From Magnetococcales bacterium (GTDB lineage: Bacteria > Pseudomonadota > Magnetococcia > Magnetococcales > JADFYX01): a stretch of 64,000 bases of DNA. The notes under the pieces are model-generated. The model made no database searches and had not been told where the DNA came from. It was given only the letters and a program-made list of their open reading frames with translations. Positions 9,714-18,930 of the stretch are shown in pieces. The DNA is taken from assembly GCA_015232365.1 (NCBI GenBank), contig JADFZU010000007.1, positions 8,634 through 72,633 on the forward strand. The letters are read 5' to 3'. The position numbers and the translations under genes were made by a program. Position 1 is the stretch's first letter, and each line of letters opens with the position of its first letter.

Positions 9714-10794
9714 GGCTGTACCCAATTCAATGCATTGTCCGGTAGATCTTCCATCCGGTGATTTAGAAACCATGATCAAACTGGTTAAAGCTCTTTATAA
9801 ACTCCACCAGATGCCTGCCTACCTGGAGAGGCTGCTGCCCCAACTACCTGAGACTGCCCGTTTTGATCCTGGTAATGAGTCAGTAATGATGGGCTATGAT
9901 TTTCACCTTACCCCAGAGGGACCTCGACTTATAGAGGTCAATACCAATGCAGGCGGCTTGATGCTGGCATGGCAGTCCAACATTCAACCACAATCTGCCG
10001 CCAACCTGCTCAACACCTTTGCCAATGAGATGGAGCTATTTAGTGGAGGTAAACAGAAGTGGCCGAAACGTATCGTCATCATGGATAGCGAGCCTGAAAA
10101 ACAGTATCTATACCCAGAGATGGAACAGTTTGCCCTACTCTTTAAAAACCAGGGAATTACTACAGATATTGTCGACCCAAAAGAGCTGCAAGCCAGTGCG
10201 GAAGGGGTTTTTTTCAACGGAGAGCAGGTTGATTTAATCTATAACCGCAACTGTGATTTTTATCTGGAATCAGAGACAATGGCAGGGATAAAAGCCGCTT
10301 ATTTGTCGGCAGCAGTCTGTTTAACCCCCAACCCAAGAAGCTATGGCCTGCTGGCAGATAAACGCCGGATGCTGCTCTGGAGCAGTGAGCAGACCTTGAA
10401 AGATATGGGGGTAGATCCAGCCACAAAAAACACCATTCTTACAAATACTCCGGTCAGCCGCCTTCTAGCAGAGTTTGATCCTGAACAGCTCTGGGTAGAG
10501 CGGAAGAGCTGGGCCTTTAAGCCGGTGGACTCTTTTGGTAGCCGGGGGGCTGTATTAGGCAAAGGACTAAGCCGAACAAGATTTGCGGCTTTGGAGCCTG
10601 CCACCACCCTGGTACAGCAGTTGATTCCCCCATCTACAACCATATGCCCCTGGAGCGACAAACCGATGAAGACCGATTTAAGGCTCTTTGTCTATCAGCA
10701 GAAGGTGCTGGGAGTAACCGCTCGCATATATCGTGGTCAGGTGACCAGCTTCAAAGAACCAGGCAGCGGTTATGCACCGATCAAAATAGTTTGA
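9706..10794 (+). CDS. Hypothetical protein, ATP-grasp-like (glutathionylspermidine-synthase / circularly-permuted ATP-grasp flavour)
   Basis: 362 aa. The MGYDFHLTPEGPRLIEVNTNAGG motif is characteristic of pre-ATP-grasp/ATP-grasp ligase folds. It overlaps the MFS gene by 8 nt. Confidence 0.5.
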   Translation: MVEAVPNSMHCPVDLPSGDLETMIKLVKALYKLHQMPAYLERLLPQLPETARFDPGNESVMMGYDFHLTPEGPRLIEVNTNAGGLMLAWQSNIQPQSAANLLNTFANEMELFSGGKQKWPKRIVIMDSEPEKQYLYPEMEQFALLFKNQGITTDIVDPKELQASAEGVFFNGEQVDLIYNRNCDFYLESETMAGIKAAYLSAAVCLTPNPRSYGLLADKRRMLLWSSEQTLKDMGVDPATKNTILTNTPVSRLLAEFDPEQLWVERKSWAFKPVDSFGSRGAVLGKGLSRTRFAALEPATTLVQQLIPPSTTICPWSDKPMKTDLRLFVYQQKVLGVTARIYRGQVTSFKEPGSGYAPIKIV

Positions 10795-10800
10795 GTGCAA

Positions 10801-11082
10801 CTACTGCTGATTTTTCATAAACTCTGCAGCCAACTCATCAATAATCTCCGGGATTTTATCTTCGGTAGTGCCATAAAAAAATTTGCCGCCAGGAGCAATC
10901 CGCATATTTGGTCCTTTTGAACACTCACCAAGGCAGCTTATCCTCTCAACTGGAATCGGCAACTCTCTATTTTTTATTTCAGTCTCAATTTTATCAATAA
11001 TAGCAATACTGCCTCGCCCACCACAAGATGGCCGATTTGTTATTCTCTCCTTTATGCAGGCGACCAAAGCTATAGCCATCAT
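10801..11082 (-). CDS. Thioredoxin-like [2Fe-2S] ferredoxin-domain protein
   Basis: 93 aa with four Cys in the arrangement ACIKE..(10)..SCGGRGS ... SCLGECSKGPNMRI, typical of thioredoxin-like 2Fe-2S ferredoxins. Confidence 0.65.
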   Translation of the reverse strand: MMAIALVACIKERITNRPSCGGRGSIAIIDKIETEIKNRELPIPVERISCLGECSKGPNMRIAPGGKFFYGTTEDKIPEIIDELAAEFMKNQQ

Positions 11083-11088
11083 TACCCC

Positions 11089-11520
11089 TTATTCACTATA
11101 TATTTTAATTAAATCCACCCCAAACGGTTCAAGAATAGACAACAGAGCCTCAGCATGCTGGGGAAAGTTTGCCTCAACAAAAGCAACTTGATGTTTTAAC
11201 ACATCTTGGGCAATGTTCAAATTTCCAGTTTGTGGAGTGGCTTTTATCAACGCATTTAAAGTCCGGTCAAGCGCCTGGGAGAGCCGGGTAAGTGCCTCGA
11301 CCCGTTTTAGCGGGTCGGTTACATCAACCTTTACCGACTCCATGGCCTCTTTGTGCAGAGTTAAGAACTCTCCAAGCAGTTTATCAAGAAGAACCTTACG
11401 TTTCTCTTTAGATAGCCAAGCACTATTATTTGATGAAGAGCTGTTTGTCTCTTTCGGCTTACGCCGTTTTAACAGTTTTGCCGAAGAATCTGTCGTAGTG
11501 GTTGGGGTTGTTTTTGTCAT
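11089..11520 (-). CDS. Hypothetical protein (basic, Thr/Ser-rich N-terminus, helical C-terminus)
   Basis: 143 aa ORF lying 6 nt upstream of the ferredoxin-like gene on the same strand. No motif recognised. The coding call rests on length, operon context and the absence of a competing ORF with homology. Confidence 0.45.
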   Translation of the reverse strand: MTKTTPTTTTDSSAKLLKRRKPKETNSSSSNNSAWLSKEKRKVLLDKLLGEFLTLHKEAMESVKVDVTDPLKRVEALTRLSQALDRTLNALIKATPQTGNLNIAQDVLKHQVAFVEANFPQHAEALLSILEPFGVDLIKIYSE

Positions 11521-11683
11521 TCAATATGTTCTCGTTTGCTGGTGTGAATAGAGTCGTAATCACCAAGTATGGACAAAATACCAACCAACAAAAGGTGCAA
11601 TCATTCGGCTAAACAGCCCACTTTTGCCGGAGCGAGCCTAATCGCCCCGGCATTTTTTCTATCTATATCAAGCCAACCATAAG

Positions 11684-12073
11684 TTAACAGTCTTTGGCTA
11701 GAATTGAGTAAATCTGCCGTTCAGTCAACTCAAAGAGCAGTGCCAACTCCTGGACCCTCTCCCCACAACCATAACGACTTACAATCTCCTGGTTTCGTAG
11801 CTTCTTAGCAGCAATACTTCCCCTAACAATGGTCAGTGTCTCTCCACCAAAATAGGCACTCATCTTTTTTGCCGCCTCAAACCCCAAAAGAGTGGTTAAC
11901 TTATGCTGAATCTTTAAATTCCTCGGAATAAATATTCTAGTTCCACCGCACTTCTCCAACAGAGTCATAGCTCCTTGTAAACCGACTATCTCTTTGATCT
12001 CTATCATAGAAGCTGGAAGGCTACTGCTATTTGCTAAATTAAAATTACCATCCAACGCTGTTCTATTCTCCAT
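11684..12073 (-). CDS. Mor-family transcriptional activator (phage Mu middle-operon-regulator-like)
   Basis: 129 aa. It contains GGTRIFIPRN and YFGGETLTIVRG, plus the C-terminal HTH ELALLFELTERQIYSIL, which together match the Mor/C family layout. Confidence 0.7.
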   Translation of the reverse strand: MENRTALDGNFNLANSSSLPASMIEIKEIVGLQGAMTLLEKCGGTRIFIPRNLKIQHKLTTLLGFEAAKKMSAYFGGETLTIVRGSIAAKKLRNQEIVSRYGCGERVQELALLFELTERQIYSILAKDC

Positions 12074-12155
12074 TTTTTATCTCCTTTTAAGAAAATTTAA
12101 TTTTTACACAACAAAACCCAACCTAAAATAATTAATAAATGATTTTAATAATGTT

Positions 12156-12208
12156 TAGTTCGGTTTTTTTGCATGTTTATACCTATAATCGTCAAAATAG
12201 TTCGGTTT
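12156..12208. promoter_or_regulatory. Two direct copies of TAGTTCGGTTT, 42 nt apart, in the AT-rich divergent control region (candidate operator half-sites)
   Basis: tagttcggttt occurs at 12156-12166 and 12198-12208, inside the 282-bp AT-rich spacer between the Mor-like gene and the S24 repressor gene. A TATAAT lies at 12184-12189. Confidence 0.25.
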
Positions 12209-12355
12209 ATTTAAAGTTATTTTATATACATCTAATAAACAACATCTTTTTTTACAACCCCACTTAACGGTAGTTAGTGCACGTATTGGTTTTTTTTGAT
12301 ATGATTATTTGAATTATAACGTCACAAAAAACATTAATAAAAAAACATAAAGGGT

Positions 12356-13090
12356 GTGATAATGTATACTGACCAGATAAAGCCTGGCCTTAAAGAGCGT
12401 ATTCAACAGATAATTGGCAGACAACCTCCATATTCCTGGGCTAAAATGGTCGGCATTGGGAAAGCAACATTTGACGGGATATGGAACAAAGGGGCGCAAC
12501 CCCAGCTAAAAACCCTTCTTAAAATCGCATGGCATACCAACATTTCACTAAGCTGGCTACTAACCGGAAAAGGCTCAACGCACCTACAAGATGAGACAAC
12601 AACGCTAGACCGCCCCACCATTTTTTCACTCCCGGCAAATGACAGAAAAATCAGATCTGTTCAAGAAAACCAGGAGAGCTACCTCTTACTACCAATACAA
12701 AACAGCAACACTAAACCAGCAGTAGAAAAACAAGATGTGGATCAATTTACATATCATCTGGCGTTTACGACCAGGTGGGTAACCAAACAGATGGCTCTAG
12801 ATCCAAAAAAACTGGCTTTGACCTATGTCGAAAGTGACAGCATGGCCCCAACCTTGAACAAGGGAGATCTGATTTTGCTTGATAAGAGGGAGAGAGAGTT
12901 ACACAAAGATGGAATTTATGTGATGCAACAGGAAGAAAATTTAATTATCAAACGCCTGCAACTCAGCCTTGATGGCTCAATAATAATCAGAAGCGACAAT
13001 ATTTGCTACAAAACTGAAACCATCATAAAGGAGAAGATAGGGGAGTTGAACATAGTTGGTCTGGTTATATGGATCGGGAAGCAGTTATAA
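12356..13090 (+). CDS. Phage CI/LexA-type repressor (N-terminal HTH + S24 autopeptidase domain)
   Basis: 244 aa. The HTH segment ends in ISLSWLLTGKG. The S24 Ser/Lys dyad context is VESDSMAPTLNKGDLILLDK and ENLIIKRLQ. Confidence 0.8.
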   Translation: MIMYTDQIKPGLKERIQQIIGRQPPYSWAKMVGIGKATFDGIWNKGAQPQLKTLLKIAWHTNISLSWLLTGKGSTHLQDETTTLDRPTIFSLPANDRKIRSVQENQESYLLLPIQNSNTKPAVEKQDVDQFTYHLAFTTRWVTKQMALDPKKLALTYVESDSMAPTLNKGDLILLDKRERELHKDGIYVMQQEENLIIKRLQLSLDGSIIIRSDNICYKTETIIKEKIGELNIVGLVIWIGKQL

Positions 13091-13110
13091 AATCAATAGC
13101 TGTTGATCTG

Positions 13111-15570
13111 TCACCTTACACCCAAAGCTATACACTCCTTCGACCGTAACTGACAGCTCTGTTTGTCTCCAAGATTACATGCACTTTTCAGATCGTTGCA
13201 CATATTATCCATCTGCCTCATCTCTTGATAGGCAAAAGCCCGGGCAAAATAATACCCAGCCTCATCACCGGTCATAGAGATCGCACGGTTATAGTCGGCA
13301 AGAGCTTCAACTACCTGTCCAGAGGCGATATAAGCATTGGCACGCTCGAAATAGTAGCTGGCTGAATTTGGATTATTTATTATCCCTTCATTAAAGTCGC
13401 TGATCGCCGCAAGATATTTACCCATCTTTGCCAACACCCGTCCCCGCTCATAGTAGACTCCTAACGGTGGATTTTTTAAAGTTAAAGCTTTGCTAAAATC
13501 CTCCTCGGCCTCCTTGAAACGACCCATAATACTCAAAGTCTGTCCTCGCTCATAATAGGCACTGGAAAGTTTGGCTGAAGATTTGATCGCCCGGCTTAAA
13601 TCCAGGAAAGAGCTACCATACTCATTGGTTTTACGGTAGGCAATCCCCCTAAGGATCAGCACCCTTGCTGAGTTTTCAACAACAGCCAGAACCTGATCAA
13701 AATCTTTAATAGCGTTGGCATACTCTCCTAAAGCCATATAGGCTTTACCTCGCCCGATCAATGCATCAAAATCCATTTTATCTTCGAGCAACGCCTCATC
13801 AAACGAAGCTACTGCCTGGAGAAAATTGCCTTGACCAAGCCTGGTTATTCCCCGCTCATAATGTCTGCGGATTGGGACTATAGATGGCACTAACGACTCT
13901 ACCTGCGAGGAGGTTTTTTTATCTGCAACTCTCCTAGAAGGTTTTTCATCAACAGATTGTAACTCTATCTTTTGCGGTTGAATTTCATACGCAACTGGCT
14001 TGGGCTGGACAGCCTTCTTTACCGGCTGTTTAGCTTTTATCTTGGAATAATAATCAACCGTAGCTTTTTGAGCCTTGTGGCGTCGCATAGGAATGCCTGA
14101 TGTCACAGGGGCAGCAAACACATTTTCATCTGACGACTTAACCTGAGACCAGTTGACCACATTCCTACTTAACTGAAGGTGAAGAACTTTTGCAGCGTTA
14201 TCTACAGCAACAACTTTACGTCGTGGCCTACTCTGTTTTTCCACCAATTTTTTGTCAAGCTTAACACCACTCTTCGTAACAACTGGATTAGCAGATTTAA
14301 CATTAACAGCATGGTTAACTACAACTTTTCCTCTCGGCACAACCAAAGGAGCAAGGCGGGGGGCAACTACAACAGGCTTCATCCTTAGTACCGGCTGCGG
14401 AGCAACAATAGAAGCATCGGCGGCAGATAACTTAACCTTCTCTATCGCAGCCAGCAACTCCTTGGCGGCGATATCTCTTGATTTTGAGTCAGCCACTTTT
14501 TTCGCCTTTGGAGAAGGTACCGGTTTTTTAACTCTTTTAGCCGTTCTAACCGTAGGCTGAACCATACTGCTGATCTCAAAGTCAGCAGGCTTTGGCGTCA
14601 AATTTATCAAAGCAAGAGGAATGTTCGTAGTAGGCTCTGGAATTCTTTTTACAACTTCAGCCAGCTCTAGAGCTTGAGCCTCCCTGGCCTCTTTTGCCAA
14701 CTTGGCAGCTTGAGCCTCCCTGGCCTCTTTTGCCAACCTGGCAGCTTGAGCATCCCTGGCCTCTTTTGCCAACTTGGCAGCTTGAGCATCCCTGGCCTCT
14801 TTTGCTGCCTGATCTAACTTAGCCTGTTTGGCTGCCCGGGCAAGCTTAGCCAACTTATCCAGCTTAGCTAGTTTAGCCAACCTCTCCTTCTCTCCTCGCT
14901 TTACCTCCTTAACCGGAGCAGCAGGACTCTGCACAGCAGGCGGCAAAGACTGGACCGGGGCAGGTGGGACATGAACCGGAACAGCAGGAGCTTGACTCTT
15001 CTCCACCAATGGTTCTGGAGTTTTGGCCTCAACAGGGGCCAGTGCTACCTGAGCTTTTGACTCAACTTGTACAGGCTTGATCTCTTCTGCTGGCTTAGGT
15101 GGTGATTTTGGCCTTGGAAACTGAGCAACTACTGTAGGACTCTCTTTTTCTTTCTCGAAAAGAACAAAAGTATCATTACGAAACTGCCCTGCCTGCCTGC
15201 GACCATCGGGCCAGGTCTTTATACCGAACCCTGATTGACGACCGTTGACCCACTCGCCAACATATTTTTTTCCTGAAGCCCAGACAAAAGTCCCTTTGCC
15301 ATGACGAACCCCGTGCAGATACTCACCAACATAGAGAGAACCGTCAGCAAACAGATAGCTCCCAGCCCCATGCCTGGTTCCGTTAAAAAAGTCACCATCA
15401 TAACGTGCACCTGACGACCAGAGGAAAGTTCCAAAACCGTTGATACAATCACCACGGATACACTCTGCAGCAGCGGTTTGCGGAGCCGCAAACCAACCGG
15501 CAAAAACCAAAAAGGCGATGATAAGCCGCAACCTTGATGTAGCCACGCTATGTCTGGACAAAAAAGCCAT
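13111..15570 (-). CDS. Secreted MORN-repeat / coiled-coil-repeat / TPR-repeat protein
   Basis: 819 aa. It has a signal peptide (LIIAFLVFAGWFAAPQTAAA) and MORN repeats (GFGTFLWSSGARYDGDFFNGTRHGAGSYLFADGSLYVGEYLHGVRHGKGTFVWASGKKYVGEW). A Pro/Ala/Lys-rich spacer carries AKLAKEAR(E/D)AQA repeats. The C-terminus has TPR units (GEYANAIKDFDQVL, GRFKEAEEDFSKAL, etc.). Confidence 0.8.
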   Translation of the reverse strand: MAFLSRHSVATSRLRLIIAFLVFAGWFAAPQTAAAECIRGDCINGFGTFLWSSGARYDGDFFNGTRHGAGSYLFADGSLYVGEYLHGVRHGKGTFVWASGKKYVGEWVNGRQSGFGIKTWPDGRRQAGQFRNDTFVLFEKEKESPTVVAQFPRPKSPPKPAEEIKPVQVESKAQVALAPVEAKTPEPLVEKSQAPAVPVHVPPAPVQSLPPAVQSPAAPVKEVKRGEKERLAKLAKLDKLAKLARAAKQAKLDQAAKEARDAQAAKLAKEARDAQAARLAKEAREAQAAKLAKEAREAQALELAEVVKRIPEPTTNIPLALINLTPKPADFEISSMVQPTVRTAKRVKKPVPSPKAKKVADSKSRDIAAKELLAAIEKVKLSAADASIVAPQPVLRMKPVVVAPRLAPLVVPRGKVVVNHAVNVKSANPVVTKSGVKLDKKLVEKQSRPRRKVVAVDNAAKVLHLQLSRNVVNWSQVKSSDENVFAAPVTSGIPMRRHKAQKATVDYYSKIKAKQPVKKAVQPKPVAYEIQPQKIELQSVDEKPSRRVADKKTSSQVESLVPSIVPIRRHYERGITRLGQGNFLQAVASFDEALLEDKMDFDALIGRGKAYMALGEYANAIKDFDQVLAVVENSARVLILRGIAYRKTNEYGSSFLDLSRAIKSSAKLSSAYYERGQTLSIMGRFKEAEEDFSKALTLKNPPLGVYYERGRVLAKMGKYLAAISDFNEGIINNPNSASYYFERANAYIASGQVVEALADYNRAISMTGDEAGYYFARAFAYQEMRQMDNMCNDLKSACNLGDKQSCQLRSKECIALGVR
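14672..14806 (-). repeat. In-frame 36-nt tandem repeat, about 3.7 copies (12-aa AKLAKEAR(E/D)AQA units)
   Basis: The plus-strand unit gcttgagc(c/a)tccctggcctcttttgccaac(t/c)tggca restarts at 14672, 14708, 14744 and 14780, with only 1-2 substitutions per copy. Confidence 0.85.
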
Positions 15571-15573
15571 AGA

Positions 15574-17421
15574 TCAATCTGCCGTCAACATAACCTGCTC
15601 CACATCTCTTGGAGACGGCAGATGACCCCCCATAGATTGCTGTGGCGGGATAAAGCCTGGAGCACCGCCTCCAGGGGGTAGATAACCGGGACTCTGGGTA
15701 GTGGCATACTGAGGTGGCCCAGGCTGACCTCCGGTGTACTGCCCAACACTCTGCTGTTTGTCGAGCCGGGCAGAAAACTGCTCAAGGGTATTCCAAAACA
15801 TTGCGGCACTACCTTTCGACAAAGACCCAGTCTCAGTCTCTACTTTATATATTGAGGCCGGAGTCGCCTGAAGCAACTCTGGGGGAATAGCCGACAGAAC
15901 TGCACTTGAGACACTAGATTGACGCATAGCTATAACTTCGGCTGTAGTTTTGATATCGACAAAATCCATATCAGTTTCTACAGGCAGTGGATCAAAACCC
16001 AGGGATAGGTGGACCCGGCCCAGATCGCTCTGCAACCTGGCAAATGCCATGCCCTGCTCAATATGTGCCAACAGAGACAACGCCCGCAGCTCAATCCGCT
16101 TAACGTCAGAGCTGCTGATACTGTTTTTATCCATCTCGCCCTGCTGCACCTTACGGACCTGCAACTGATTTAGATCGGTAGCAATACTCAAATCACGTTT
16201 TGAAATATGGTAACTTTGCAGGGCTATACGTAGCTGGGTTATGGCAGCCATACTAAATGCCAGCCGCCGGCTCCGCACCACCTCTTTTTCCATATCGGCA
16301 ACAGCCATCTTTTTTGGCGTGGAGGCCAGACTGAACAGATCCCAAGAGAGCCTGGTTCCAACAGAACTCCAGACCGGGCTTTGCAGAGATTGGTTGCTGT
16401 CGTAATTCATCCCCTCCATAATACCAAGGTTGGGCAACATCTCCAACAACACCTTACGGGCCTCAAGAGCTGTAATACGCTCTTTATAATCCTCGCCTCG
16501 CAGTTCAGAGCGATGTAGAAGGGCATACTGATCCAAAGCCATGGGCGGCAGATAGACCAACTCATCATTCAACGCCTCTCCAGCTTGGACGTTCATCATA
16601 AATATTGTGCCGGGAGGCAGGTTCATCAAAACTGCCAAATCACTCTTGGCCTCAACCAAAGCTCTGCGCATCTCCCAAAGCTGATGAGTGGTATCCAACA
16701 GCGTCTGCTGTTTTTCCAGAGCAATAGCAGGAACCTCCTGACCAGCAGACTCCATTCTCAACAGATCTTCCCGGGCTACTTTGGCCTCGGCAAGCAACGC
16801 ATCTATCTGGGGAACCAGAAGATCAGCCATTACAGCTTGCCAATAGCGGGTTCGCACCTCCTGTATAAGAAGCTGTGTCGATTTACGCCGCTTCTCCCGG
16901 TAGATCAAAGCCTGATCCGCCTTTTGCCGGGCCTGAACATAACTCACGCCAAAGTCCAGTATGCTCCAGGTCCAGGTAAGGTTGGCAGCACCCTGCTTGT
17001 TATCTTTGCTCACCAGTTGGGAGTTGGAGTTTTTCATGCTGGAGACAACCTCCTTGTTTCGGAGGGTATAACCGGCAGAAACTGCTGTTTTTGGTAGCAG
17101 GTCTCTCTCAGCCAGAGCCAAATCTTCAACCGCCAAAGCCTCTTCCATCTGCTTGACACGTCGCTGCAGGTTATATTTTATCGCCCGGGCCATAGCCTCA
17201 TGAAGACCAACCCGATAGGAGACCGGCTCTTGGTTGGCAAATAGCCTGCCCAAGTCGGTCTGCACACGATTCTCAACCTCTTTTTGACTTATTGGCTCTG
17301 GTTTAACTGTACAGCCAGAGAGACCAACTATCAGAGCAAAAGATGAGACCCCCAACAGCCGAAACAGCCCAGACTGAAAGATTGACGGAAAAACAGAACA
17401 TTTGTCGAGTTTGACAGACAC
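15574..17421 (-). CDS. TolC-like outer-membrane efflux lipoprotein with Pro/Gly/Gln-rich C-terminal tail
   Basis: 615 aa. Lipobox LSGC after a hydrophobic leader. OEP-type helical repeats (LHEAMARAIKYNLQRR..., LLPKTAVSAGYTL...). The tail is GGQPGPPQYATTQSPGYLPPGGGAPGFIPPQQSMGG. GTG start. It lies 3 nt upstream of the MORN/TPR gene. Confidence 0.7.
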   Translation of the reverse strand: MSVKLDKCSVFPSIFQSGLFRLLGVSSFALIVGLSGCTVKPEPISQKEVENRVQTDLGRLFANQEPVSYRVGLHEAMARAIKYNLQRRVKQMEEALAVEDLALAERDLLPKTAVSAGYTLRNKEVVSSMKNSNSQLVSKDNKQGAANLTWTWSILDFGVSYVQARQKADQALIYREKRRKSTQLLIQEVRTRYWQAVMADLLVPQIDALLAEAKVAREDLLRMESAGQEVPAIALEKQQTLLDTTHQLWEMRRALVEAKSDLAVLMNLPPGTIFMMNVQAGEALNDELVYLPPMALDQYALLHRSELRGEDYKERITALEARKVLLEMLPNLGIMEGMNYDSNQSLQSPVWSSVGTRLSWDLFSLASTPKKMAVADMEKEVVRSRRLAFSMAAITQLRIALQSYHISKRDLSIATDLNQLQVRKVQQGEMDKNSISSSDVKRIELRALSLLAHIEQGMAFARLQSDLGRVHLSLGFDPLPVETDMDFVDIKTTAEVIAMRQSSVSSAVLSAIPPELLQATPASIYKVETETGSLSKGSAAMFWNTLEQFSARLDKQQSVGQYTGGQPGPPQYATTQSPGYLPPGGGAPGFIPPQQSMGGHLPSPRDVEQVMLTAD

Positions 17422-17645
17422 AGTTTATTGTCCTTGCAACAAATAGATAAAATAGGCAAAATATTTTATAATAATCATGATTTAACTACACACAACAACA
17501 CCACTTGAGCAGCTCACCCAAGCTACAGTCCTTAGAAAACCTAAATCCAGACTGCCTTTACCAGACTCCAGCATCACAAAACAAGCAAAAAACATGCCTG
17601 TACACAATAATGACCATTTTCAACACTACTAATTAGGTAAAATAT

Positions 17646-17673
17646 TTGACTTACACTTAAATTGATGGATAAT
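17646..17673 (+). promoter_or_regulatory. Candidate sigma-70 promoter for coaBC (TTGACT-N16-GATAAT)
   Basis: TTGACT at 17646-17651 and GATAAT at 17668-17673, about 36 nt upstream of the TTG start at 17709. Confidence 0.3.
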
Positions 17674-17708
17674 TACAATTATTTTATACTTTAAAGAGGC
17701 GTATAAAC

Positions 17709-18917
17709 TTGAATTTCTGGGCCGGAAAAAAAATCGTCCTTATTATTTGTGGTGGCATTGCCGCCTACCGGGCTATTGACCTTATTCGCAGCCTCCGCAA
17801 AGAGGGGGCAGTGGTGACAGTGGTTGCGACCAAATCAGCCCTGGAGTTTGTTGGCAAACTCTCCCTACAGGCACTATCTTCTGAGCCGGTACATAGCGAT
17901 CTATTCACCCCGGCTATGAGTGATGCCATGGACCATATCCACCTGACAAAAAACGCTGACCTGGTGGTTATTGCCCCGGCAACAGCCAATCTTCTGGCAA
18001 AAATGGCCGCAGGTATGGCTGACGATCTAACCTCATCCATGCTACTGGCCTATAACGGCCCGCTATTAGCCGCCCCTGCCATGAACACAAGAATGTGGCA
18101 ACATTCTGCAACTCAGCGTAATGTTCAACAGTTAAAATCAGATGGAGTAGAGTTTATAAATCCCAGCAGCGGTTCTCTAGCCTGCGGAGAAGATGGAGAG
18201 GGACGACTCGCCGCCATTGAAGAGATTATCGAGGCAGGCAGGTCACTGTTAAGCAAAAAAATTTTAAAGGGCCACCGGCTACTAATCACTGCCGGCCCCA
18301 CCCACGAGGCCCTGGACCCGGTACGCTATATCGCCAACCACTCCACAGGCAAGATGGGCTGGAGCATCTGCCGGGCAGCACTGCGAGCCGGAGCCGAAGT
18401 TGTCTTAATCCACGGCCCGGTAAATATGGAGCCGCCACATGGGGCAGAGTCTCGTAGGGTTACATCAGCCCAGGAGATGTTTACAAACTCTATTGAAGCT
18501 TGGCAGAGAGGCTGCAGCGGAGCGATTTTAACCGCAGCAGTCGGCGACTACCGCCCACTCCATCCAAAAGCCGGGAAAATAAAAAAAGATCCTGCCAACC
18601 CAGAACTGGCACTGACGTTAACAGCCAATCCAGATATTTTAGCGACACTGGCAAAAGAGAGTGGCGGCAAGGTGGTGGTTGGTTTTGCTGCCGAAACTGG
18701 CAATGCTTTGGAACTAGGTCGGGAAAAAATGGTCAGAAAGGGGTGTGACCTACTGGTCATAAACGATCTTCTTGACCCAAAATCAGGGTTTGGTACCGAT
18801 ACCAACCAGGTGACACTGCTATATGGTGACGGCAGAGAGGAGTCGTGGCCCTTACTCTCAAAAGACATGGTAGCTGAGAAATTAATCCAGGCTATTGCAA
18901 TAATGTTAAACAAATAG
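17709..18917 (+). CDS. coaBC: Bifunctional phosphopantothenoylcysteine decarboxylase / phosphopantothenate-cysteine ligase
   Basis: 402 aa. Flavoprotein N-domain [23 protein letters not shown]. CoaB domain [25 protein letters not shown]. Confidence 0.92.
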   Translation: MNFWAGKKIVLIICGGIAAYRAIDLIRSLRKEGAVVTVVATKSALEFVGKLSLQALSSEPVHSDLFTPAMSDAMDHIHLTKNADLVVIAPATANLLAKMAAGMADDLTSSMLLAYNGPLLAAPAMNTRMWQHSATQRNVQQLKSDGVEFINPSSGSLACGEDGEGRLAAIEEIIEAGRSLLSKKILKGHRLLITAGPTHEALDPVRYIANHSTGKMGWSICRAALRAGAEVVLIHGPVNMEPPHGAESRRVTSAQEMFTNSIEAWQRGCSGAILTAAVGDYRPLHPKAGKIKKDPANPELALTLTANPDILATLAKESGGKVVVGFAAETGNALELGREKMVRKGCDLLVINDLLDPKSGFGTDTNQVTLLYGDGREESWPLLSKDMVAEKLIQAIAIMLNK

Positions 18918-18930
18918 ACGGGTAAAAACA

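Noticed and set aside
10801-13090. An intact or inducible prophage.
   Set aside because: Only regulatory genes (repressor, Mor-like) and two small cargo ORFs are present. No integrase or transposase, terminase, capsid, tail or lysis genes occur within the flanking 10 kb.
14672-14806. A regularly spaced 36-nt repeat that could be mistaken for a CRISPR array.
   Set aside because: The copies are directly adjacent with no spacers, are in frame inside an 819-aa ORF, and encode a sensible coiled-coil repeat.
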